This document shows, one piece after another, positions 1 through 6,733 of a DNA stretch of 12,887 bases. Below the pieces are notes generated by a model. It saw only the letters and a program-made list of their open reading frames with translations, ran no database searches and was not told the DNA's origin. The position numbers and the translations under genes are program-made. Numbering within the stretch: position 1 is the first letter of the stretch; each line of letters starts with the position of its first letter. Origin of the DNA: a bacterium. GTDB taxonomy: Bacteria; Zhuqueibacterota; Zhuqueibacteria; Oceanimicrobiales; Oceanimicrobiaceae. The stretch is from positions 1 through 12,887 of the forward strand of contig JBHHYI010000119.1 in NCBI GenBank assembly GCA_046757525.1, read 5' to 3'.

Positions 1-15
1 TTTCTTGTGCCATTC

Positions 16-43
16 AATTTAAGTTTATTCTTGAAAATGTCAA
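16..43 (-). promoter_or_regulatory. Putative sigma-70 promoter pointing out of the left edge
   Basis: Minus strand reads TTGACA (43-38), 16-nt spacer, TAAATT (21-16) in AT-rich DNA. The target gene is not in the window. Confidence 0.35.
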
Positions 44-161
44 GTTCTTTTTTAAAACTCCCGGTTTCAAAATTCAGGCCGTTTTGCCGAAGGCAAAATC
101 TGCTCCACAAAAATGAACTGGCGTAGCAATCAACAAAACCTTTGGATCTGTAACCACGGCA

Positions 162-1088
162 ATGTCTCAAAAGTTTAGCCCGGGTCTGAAAGCCCTGCAA
201 CGGGAACTGGAACAACGGTTCGGGGAAAACCGAATTCTCAAGCACGAACCTTTGGCCCGCTACTGCAACTGGAAAGTCGGCGGCCCGGCGGATTTGTTCT
301 TACAAGTCGAGACAACCAGCGAACTCGTGGCCGCCATTCAGTTGGCCTTTGGCAACAGGCAAAGTTTTACCGTGCTCGGTTTCGGCGCCAATTCCCTCGT
401 TTCCGACAAGGGCATCCGCGGCCTGGTGATTTTAAACCGAGCCGAACGGATTGACTTTAAACCGGACGACTCGGTGGAGGTGGACTCGGGTACTAACCTG
501 GCCCTGTTGGCGCGTCGAGCAGCATCGCACGGCCTTGGGGGGTTAGAGTTTCTCATCGGCATCCCGGGTACGGTTGGGGCAGCGGTGGCCGGCAATGCCG
601 GAACCCGCGAACAATGGATCAGTACCGTCTTGCTTAGCTGCCACGTCATTAATCAACACGGCGAGCTCGTCGAACAAAAGCCGCAAGACCTGGAATTTGC
701 CTACCGTCACAGTCGCCTCAAGAGTTCTGGGGAAGTCGTGGTCTCAGCAAGATTGTGCGGCCAGCCGGACCGGCCAGCAAACATCGAGCGAAAAATGAAG
801 AAGCTGCTCGATCAGCGCAAGAACCAACCCGGTGGCTCCAGCGCAGGCTCGGTGTTCAAAAACCCGGCCGGAGATTTCGCAGGAAGATTGATCGAAGCTT
901 GCGGCCTCAAAGGGTATGCCACCGGTGGCGCACAAATCTCACAGATGCACGCCAATTTCATTCTCAACACCGGTGGTGCCACCGCCGAGGCAATCAAAAC
1001 CTTGATCGAACGCTGTAAGAGCGAAGTGGCCTCCCATTTTGGAATCCATTTGGTGGAGGAAATCAAGTACTTAGGGGATTGGTCGTGA
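162..1088 (+). CDS. murB: UDP-N-acetylenolpyruvoylglucosamine reductase (MurB), short type II-like
   Basis: 308-aa ORF with MurB motifs: KVGGPAD, LGFGANSLVSDKG, GLEFLIGIPGTVGAAVAGNAG, FAYRHS, SAGSVFKNP (catalytic Ser), HANFILN and C-terminal EEIKYLG. Confidence 0.96.
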   Translation: MSQKFSPGLKALQRELEQRFGENRILKHEPLARYCNWKVGGPADLFLQVETTSELVAAIQLAFGNRQSFTVLGFGANSLVSDKGIRGLVILNRAERIDFKPDDSVEVDSGTNLALLARRAASHGLGGLEFLIGIPGTVGAAVAGNAGTREQWISTVLLSCHVINQHGELVEQKPQDLEFAYRHSRLKSSGEVVVSARLCGQPDRPANIERKMKKLLDQRKNQPGGSSAGSVFKNPAGDFAGRLIEACGLKGYATGGAQISQMHANFILNTGGATAEAIKTLIERCKSEVASHFGIHLVEEIKYLGDWS

Positions 1089-2404
1089 AGCGCTGGGTGA
1101 TCGAAGGTGGCCGACCTTTACGTGGCCGGGTGACCGTCAGGGGTGCCAAGAATGTTGCCTTTAAACTCATGATCGCCGCCCTTCTTGGAGAAGATGAAAC
1201 CATTTTGGACAATGTGCCCGACGTCGGCGACGTGGATTTAGCTGGCCAAATGATTCGCCACCTGGGCGGCTGCGTTGAACACATCGGTTCCCACCAGGTA
1301 CGCATCGATCCCCAAGGCTTAAGCGGCTGCTCGATCCCCCCGGCGCTAGCCCGGCAGTCGCGGGCCTCCTTTATGTTCGTCGGGCCACTTTTAGCCCGCT
1401 TCAAGGAAGCCAGTCTACCGTTGCCCGGTGGCGATCGAATTGGTCGCAGGCCGTTAGATCGTCACGTGCAAGGCTTGCAAGCCCTGGGAGCGCGAATCAG
1501 AAAAAAAGGAAGCACTCTGCATGTAAGCAGTTCCAGATTGCAGGGCGCGCAATACCACTTCCCAAAAAACACACATACGGGCACCGAAACTCTAATCTTA
1601 GCCTCGGTTACCGCAAAAGGTCGAACACAAATTACGAACAGTGCCGAGGAACCGGAAGTTCTGGACCTCATCGACATGCTCAACAATATGGGAGCGCAAA
1701 TCAAGCGGGAGCGCCCCAGAACCTTGGTCATCGAGGGTGTTGACAGGCTGCACGGCACGCATCACACGGTCCTGCCAGACCGCAACGCGGCCGTTTCATT
1801 TTCCTGCATGGCTTTGGCCACCAGGGGCGAAATAATAATCCAACAAATTCAGCCAAAGACGATAGACGCCTTCTTGGAACAGTTAGAAGCCATTGGCGCG
1901 GGCTTTGAAGTTGGCGAGAGTTCATTGAAAGTCTGGTACAAGGGGGCTCTAAAACCGACCCGGATTACCACAGCGCCACATCCGGGATTCATGAGTGACT
2001 GGCAGCCGCTGCTGACCACGCTGCTCACCCAGGCACATGGTACCAGCGTCCTGCACGAAACGGTCTTTGAGAGTAGATTTGGGCACGTCGAGGAGTTGCG
2101 CAAAATGGGTGCGAATATTACACTGTTTAATCCGGCCGTGAAGAACCCCGATGCGGTCTATAATTTTAATTTGCAAGACGATCGCTCAAAATATTTTCAC
2201 GCCGCAAGAATTGAGGGTCCCACGCCATTGAATGGTGTGGCTACAACGGTCAAAGATGTGCGCGCAGGCGCAACTCTTGTGCAAGCCGCATTGACGGCCC
2301 GCGGACAAACCACGCTTTCGCACGTCGAACGCATCGAACGGGGCTATGAGCATTTAGATCAGCAATTGCGGCGGCTGGGCGCAAAAATTGAATCACAGCC
2401 ATAA
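1085..2404 (+). CDS. murA: UDP-N-acetylglucosamine 1-carboxyvinyltransferase (MurA), Asp-type active-site loop
   Basis: Motifs IEGGRPLRG, GAKN, SRASF, LPGGDRIGRRP, EPEV, PDR, PHPGFMSDWQ, ETVFESRF, DVRAGA, IERGYE. Start set at GTG 1085 (GTGA overlap with the murB stop 1086-1088; AGGGGA at 1073-1078) rather than TTG 1079. Confidence 0.96.
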   Translation: MKRWVIEGGRPLRGRVTVRGAKNVAFKLMIAALLGEDETILDNVPDVGDVDLAGQMIRHLGGCVEHIGSHQVRIDPQGLSGCSIPPALARQSRASFMFVGPLLARFKEASLPLPGGDRIGRRPLDRHVQGLQALGARIRKKGSTLHVSSSRLQGAQYHFPKNTHTGTETLILASVTAKGRTQITNSAEEPEVLDLIDMLNNMGAQIKRERPRTLVIEGVDRLHGTHHTVLPDRNAAVSFSCMALATRGEIIIQQIQPKTIDAFLEQLEAIGAGFEVGESSLKVWYKGALKPTRITTAPHPGFMSDWQPLLTTLLTQAHGTSVLHETVFESRFGHVEELRKMGANITLFNPAVKNPDAVYNFNLQDDRSKYFHAARIEGPTPLNGVATTVKDVRAGATLVQAALTARGQTTLSHVERIERGYEHLDQQLRRLGAKIESQP

Positions 2405-2462
2405 CTCATTCTTGACCTGTTTTTGAAGTTTGTGGCTGTGCTGCGTTTGGTGTTGGCCCGGG

Positions 2463-2498
2463 AAACAAAAAGGCCTTCTGTGCGCGAACAGAAGGCCT
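2463..2498 (-). terminator. Intrinsic terminator for the minus-strand barrel gene
   Basis: Perfect 11-bp inverted repeat AGGCCTTCTGT (2471-2481) / ACAGAAGGCCT (2488-2498) with 6-nt loop, followed on the minus strand by TTTTGTTT. It lies between convergent genes. Confidence 0.8.
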
Positions 2499-2520
2499 CA
2501 TTGGAAACGCTCCTTTGTAC

Positions 2521-2543
2521 GTAACGCAATCGTCTCGATTGCG
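2521..2543 (+). repeat. REP-like palindromic repeat, copy 1
   Basis: GTAA-CGCAATCG-TCT-CGATTGCG; identical to 12587-12609 and 21/23 identical to 4856-4878. Confidence 0.8.
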
Positions 2544-2610
2544 CAGACGTCTCCGATATTCAAAGCAACAATCTTCCTGTTGTGACAGGGGCAACTCAGT
2601 CAAAGAAGCC

Positions 2611-3801
2611 TTATTCAAGAGGTTCAGGCTTGTCCTCATCGTTTTTCTTAGCTTGATCCGCGTCGGAGGCTTCACCTTCCAAGATCTTCCGCAGTCTTTC
2701 CAACTCCTTCTCCGCCCGTCTTCGTTCATCCTTGATTCTCTCGAGTTCGGCTTCGGCTGATTCCGTCTGCCTTTGTTCTTTGATAATTTGCTCGAACAAC
2801 TCCCGACGGGTTTCGGCTTTTTGCATAAGAATGTCGCGCTCGTTGACTCTGTAAACGCTGCTGGGCAGCAAGGTAATCTTGGTGCCAAACTTGGCGCGCC
2901 ACCCGGGATAATTGGGCTGCGAACCTGGCAGTGTGCGCGATACAAAAGCGTAATTGGTTTTATCGCTGCTATCGGTAATGCGAAAATCGGCCCCAAAGTT
3001 AATGGAAAACCAGCGGTACGGTTTGTAAGAAATCGTCGGCGACAGATAGGCATAGTCTTCTCTGCTGTAAGCAGCAGCCGGCGGTCTTTGTAGAAATGCA
3101 TTGCCAACCAGCTCCACAGAAAAATCAAATTTTTCGGTAGGAACTTTGATTCCCACGCCATACAAGAATTCTTGCGACATCGATTTGGCTTCAGCACTGG
3201 AACCACCCCCGGCGTCGATGCCCGCGCCCACGTCATTGTGATTCCAGTAACCTAAGTTCAGATGAATGTTGGTGGCATCCTCAGGATAAAGCGGGTCCTT
3301 GGAGTAGGTTACCAACCCGGTTAAACCCCAGGCCACGTGATCCGAAGAGTATGGTTCAAATGCCACATTGTGAACTTGTCCACTGGGAAATCGCGTGTTC
3401 AATGTCAATCCATAGGCAACAGAACTTCCGGTCGAAGCAAAAGAGCCGATCTTCAATCCAATATAAAGATCGTCCGGCGCATTGACATCATCGCTCCCTC
3501 GATTCGTATCTCCATAAATCGTGGGAGAAATGGCCAATTCTAAATGCTTACCCAGGCCGTAGTTGACACTGAAGCGGCCTGTCACATCCCATACCGTGAC
3601 CGCGCCCTGGGTAAAATTGCCAACTTTGCCATAAGAGCGGGTCAAGGCGTTTACGGTCAAGAAACCAGGTTGCAAGGTCCAGGCCGATTGGACGTAGGTC
3701 AGCCCGCGGCCGCCATTGAAATTAATCTGAGCACTGAGAAAATTTGGACTTATTGTAGCTCCCCCGAACAAGATGAAAACCACAGCTAAACACTTTCTCA
3801 T
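2611..3801 (-). CDS. Exported protein, probable outer-membrane beta-barrel with a C-terminal coiled coil; function unknown
   Basis: 396 aa from ATG 3801 with GGAGG 8 nt upstream (3814-3810). Signal peptide MRKCLAVVFILFGG...LSA/Q; many alternating amphipathic strands (FSVNYGL, LYIGLKIG, IHLNLGY, FLYGVGIKV, FSINFGADF); E/R/K-rich helical tail. Confidence 0.75.
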   Translation of the reverse strand: MRKCLAVVFILFGGATISPNFLSAQINFNGGRGLTYVQSAWTLQPGFLTVNALTRSYGKVGNFTQGAVTVWDVTGRFSVNYGLGKHLELAISPTIYGDTNRGSDDVNAPDDLYIGLKIGSFASTGSSVAYGLTLNTRFPSGQVHNVAFEPYSSDHVAWGLTGLVTYSKDPLYPEDATNIHLNLGYWNHNDVGAGIDAGGGSSAEAKSMSQEFLYGVGIKVPTEKFDFSVELVGNAFLQRPPAAAYSREDYAYLSPTISYKPYRWFSINFGADFRITDSSDKTNYAFVSRTLPGSQPNYPGWRAKFGTKITLLPSSVYRVNERDILMQKAETRRELFEQIIKEQRQTESAEAELERIKDERRRAEKELERLRKILEGEASDADQAKKNDEDKPEPLE

Positions 3802-3962
3802 GGCATTTGCCTCCAAGAATTAAATTAAATCCCTTTCAATTTTGTTTTACAACTTCCTTGTCTCTGTAAAGCTGGACTTCTAAAATGCAACCGCAACAAG
3901 GCCATGACAGTTTTCCCCGGTGGCGGCTTCATTTCGCAAGGTCAAACCCCGCAGGAAAACGG

Positions 3963-4694
3963 TCATTCTCGACGCTTCATTTTCTTTTCTGCGACTAAAG
4001 CATTGGCGCGAAACAACGATTCAAATGTACCTGCGTCGGTCCACCAACCATCGAGTATCTCAAAGGTCATCTTGTTTTGTTTGATGTACTCGTTGTTGAC
4101 ATCGGTTATTTCCAATTCGCCACGACCGGACGGACTGAGAGTTTTGATGATGTCAAATACCTGGGGATCAAACAGGTAGATGCCCGTGACAATCAAGTTC
4201 GTTTTTGGGGTCTTGGGTTTTTCTTCGATGCTCACAACTTTGTCACCCTCAAGTTGGGCCACTCCAAAACGCCAGGGGTCCTCAACCTCTTTCAGAAGGA
4301 TCTTGGCGCCTTCAGATTGTTTGTGAAACTTGGAGACAGCTTCTTGAATACTCTTTTCAAAGATATTATCCCCTAAAATGACAACGACTAAATCTCCGTC
4401 TACAAAATATTCTGCCAGACCCAGGGCGTCGGCAATGCCGCCCTCGCCCTCCTGATAGGCGTAATTCAGATGTTTCAATCCAAAATCTTTGCCATTTCCG
4501 AGCAGTCTCAAGAAATCGCCCGCATTGTTGCCACCGGTGACGACGAGAATCTCCTCAATGCCAGCATTCACCAGCGTCTCCAGAGGATAGTAAATCATCG
4601 GCCGGTCATAAATAGGCAGCAAGTGCTTATTGGTTATTTTTGTCAAAGGATACAGTCTGGTACCCAAACCTCCAGCAAGCACGACCCCTTTCAT
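3963..4694 (-). CDS. rfbA: Sugar-1-phosphate nucleotidyltransferase; glucose-1-phosphate thymidylyltransferase short form (RmlA/RfbA/SpsI-like)
   Basis: 243 aa with MKGVVLAGGLGTRLYPLT, NKHLLPIYDRPMIYYPL, YQEGEGGIADAL, ILGDNIF, RFGVA, IEEKP, TGIYLFD, PSGRGELEITDVN, WWTDAGT. Lacks the ~50-aa C-terminal extension of E. coli-type RmlA. Purine-rich AGGGAAAGGGA upstream. Confidence 0.85.
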   Translation of the reverse strand: MKGVVLAGGLGTRLYPLTKITNKHLLPIYDRPMIYYPLETLVNAGIEEILVVTGGNNAGDFLRLLGNGKDFGLKHLNYAYQEGEGGIADALGLAEYFVDGDLVVVILGDNIFEKSIQEAVSKFHKQSEGAKILLKEVEDPWRFGVAQLEGDKVVSIEEKPKTPKTNLIVTGIYLFDPQVFDIIKTLSPSGRGELEITDVNNEYIKQNKMTFEILDGWWTDAGTFESLFRANALVAEKKMKRRE

Positions 4695-4855
4695 AAATCC
4701 CTTTCCCTAATGTCTTTTTGTGAAACGGTGACCTTGTTAACGCAAGGTTACCGTTTGATCGGTTTAACAAGAAGCTAACCCGCCGACAGCCTCCGAGGAG
4801 GCTCTTTCGGAAAAAGGTTCGCTTCTTCAGAACTTCTATGAAGCGCCTGCTCTTC

Positions 4856-4878
4856 GTAACGCAAACGTCTCGTTTGCG
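4856..4878 (+). repeat. REP-like palindromic repeat, copy 2 (covariant)
   Basis: GTAA-CGCAAACG-TCT-CGTTTGCG; differs from the other copies by one T:A to A:T pair that keeps the 8-bp stem. Confidence 0.75.
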
Positions 4879-4923
4879 AGGGCATTCTTTCAAGCAAAAG
4901 CACGCAGAGAGTGCACATGGCTT

Positions 4924-5691
4924 CTAATAAAGGTAATCCCGCCACCGCGACTCAGAGCCTGAATTTCGTTCAATACCAACGGCGTCCACGCGCCACTTAT
5001 ACCTGATGCCTTTGGTCAAAGTATCTTGCACAGCTTTGAAATCGTAGTTGTATTGGACTGTGGAAATGTCGCCAAAGCTGTTTTCCACCACGGAAATCCA
5101 TACCCTGTTATCGGAATTGGCCTCTAAAATCTTTAACACATAATTGCCCACACCGACGTTGGTCCACGAGAATTGCGGGCGTGCCGGATCCTTGGCGATT
5201 ACACCTGGATTGCCAGGTTTCTGCAGCAGTAGATAATCCAAAGTATCGGAAGGAGGGCTTTCGTTACCACGAACGCCAACCGCGGTTAAATAATAAAAAT
5301 AGCGTCTGTCCACGAGAATGCTGTCGCTATCGACAAAGGTAAAAATGGTGTCGTTATTGAGTATGTTGAAATTATTGCTGCTCACCACGGCCAATAACCG
5401 GAATTCCTTCTCATTTGCTACGTTGAGCACCCCCCTGAATATACGAAAGGAGTCCGGGAAAACCCCGGCCCCTTGCCGCCAATCTACCTGAATGTTTTCA
5501 GCGTCCACTTGGTCTTGCCTGGTGAAAGCGTCGATGCCGATTTCTACGAGGCTCGTGTCGTTGGGTGTCTCAATGAGCTGCGGCGCACCCGGGACGTCCT
5601 CAACGTTGGTGACGCTTCCATTGCAACCGAAAATAGTCAAAAATGGAAATAATATCAAGAAAAAAAACAGTAATTTAACTTTGCTCTTCAT
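4924..5691 (-). CDS. Predicted lipoprotein with fibronectin type III-like beta-sandwich domains
   Basis: 255 aa; basic N-terminus, hydrophobic core and lipobox-like IFG-C23; FN3-type signatures VDW, FRIFRG, TFVD, YFYYLTAVGVRGNESPPS and YKWRVDAVG. Starts 9 nt after the PorV-family stop. Confidence 0.72.
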   Translation of the reverse strand: MKSKVKLLFFFLILFPFLTIFGCNGSVTNVEDVPGAPQLIETPNDTSLVEIGIDAFTRQDQVDAENIQVDWRQGAGVFPDSFRIFRGVLNVANEKEFRLLAVVSSNNFNILNNDTIFTFVDSDSILVDRRYFYYLTAVGVRGNESPPSDTLDYLLLQKPGNPGVIAKDPARPQFSWTNVGVGNYVLKILEANSDNRVWISVVENSFGDISTVQYNYDFKAVQDTLTKGIRYKWRVDAVGIERNSGSESRWRDYLY

Positions 5692-5700
5692 CGCATAGAC

Positions 5701-6714
5701 CTACAATTGAAACGCGCCGCTCAGGCGGTGGACATTGCCGAGATCGTAGCCCAAAAATGCATAGTCGAGACGCACTTTCCACAGGTGAAAACCGGTGCCC
5801 GCCGTAAAACTGCCGTCGTTGGAGCCCAATCTAAAGAAAACGGTCTTCAGACTATATTCAACGCCCCAGTGGCTTTCTCCACCATAGCGGGTATCCTTGC
5901 CGTAGGAAAACAACAGTTCGCTGTTCATCAGACCGATGGGCTGGCTGTAGGAAAAGCCCCACTTTAGATTCACGGGAATTTGATCCTGATGGCGGCTGGT
6001 CCAGGTCAAATTCGTCTTAGAGATGTCCTGAATGTTGAAGCCAAATCCCAACTTCCCCAGATGGTCGCTGTCCAACATCTCGCCGATGCCGAAACGAATC
6101 ATGGCCCCCACATCGATTCCTAAACCAGAGGCTTTGTCCTCAAACAGCTTCTGTTGAATGACTTTCAGATTAATTCCGATGGGGATTTCTACTGGAAAAC
6201 TGAGATATTGCCACCCCAGATTGACTCTGAATTTGTTGAGCTTGGCGAAGGAGAAAAAGAACGCATCCTCGGTGTCACCGAAAAGTCCCACAGGTACCCC
6301 GTTGGGTCTGAGCGCAGGATCTCGCAGCCGGTCTGCCAGGTTATCGCCAGCCAATTCTGGGAATTGCGGGATGTCATCTACGCTGAGGCGAATCCAGTTA
6401 ATTGAGAGTGTGGCATCGCCCGGCAGCGGCAACGCAAAACCAGCATGATTATAATTGGCCAAAGGGTCGGTAATCCCGCCAAAATTAGTAGAATACATGA
6501 AAGTGATTTCAGGCTTTTCTACGAGCGCCAGTCCTGCCGGATTCCAGTAAAAAGCGGTACCGTCATTGGCAACGGCCACATAAGCGCCACCCATACCGAG
6601 GGGACGTGCCCCGACTCCGATTTCCAGAAAAGATCCGGCAAATTTACCTGGATACGCTGGACACACAATTGCCAAGAGGATCAAAGACAACAAAAGTATT
6701 TTTGAAACGTTCAT
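5701..6714 (-). CDS. PorV/PorQ family (UPF0164, FadL-like) outer-membrane beta-barrel
   Basis: 337 aa; signal peptide followed by the family motif FLEIGVGARPLGMGGAYVAVANDGTAFYWNPAGL; GLGIDVG, FTAGTGF, LDYAF and terminal strand HRLSGAFQL. Confidence 0.88.
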   Translation of the reverse strand: MNVSKILLLSLILLAIVCPAYPGKFAGSFLEIGVGARPLGMGGAYVAVANDGTAFYWNPAGLALVEKPEITFMYSTNFGGITDPLANYNHAGFALPLPGDATLSINWIRLSVDDIPQFPELAGDNLADRLRDPALRPNGVPVGLFGDTEDAFFFSFAKLNKFRVNLGWQYLSFPVEIPIGINLKVIQQKLFEDKASGLGIDVGAMIRFGIGEMLDSDHLGKLGFGFNIQDISKTNLTWTSRHQDQIPVNLKWGFSYSQPIGLMNSELLFSYGKDTRYGGESHWGVEYSLKTVFFRLGSNDGSFTAGTGFHLWKVRLDYAFLGYDLGNVHRLSGAFQL

Positions 6715-6733
6715 TACAACCCACTTCTTTTAG

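Noticed and set aside
1..13. Possible minus-strand start (ATG GCA CAA GAA) leaving the window
   Set aside because: Only four codons are visible, there is no clear ribosome-binding site, and it conflicts with the putative promoter at 16-43.
1079..1084. TTG start for murA given by the ORF track
   Set aside because: It directly abuts the AGGGGA site; GTG 1085 has proper spacing and a GTGA overlap.
338..2176. Alternative-frame and antisense ORFs inside murB and murA
   Set aside because: They overlap well-supported genes and show no recognisable motifs.
2406..3236. 276-aa minus-strand ORF
   Set aside because: Off-frame shadow of the barrel gene; it runs through the repeat and terminator and has no protein-like motifs.
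4774..4784. ops/JUMPStart-like GGCGGGTTAGC on the minus strand before a sugar-nucleotide gene
   Set aside because: It does not match GGCGGTAG exactly and no long polysaccharide operon follows.
4627..4893. 88-aa minus-strand ORF in the structured spacer
   Set aside because: It overlaps the nucleotidyltransferase start out of frame and translates hairpin and repeat DNA.
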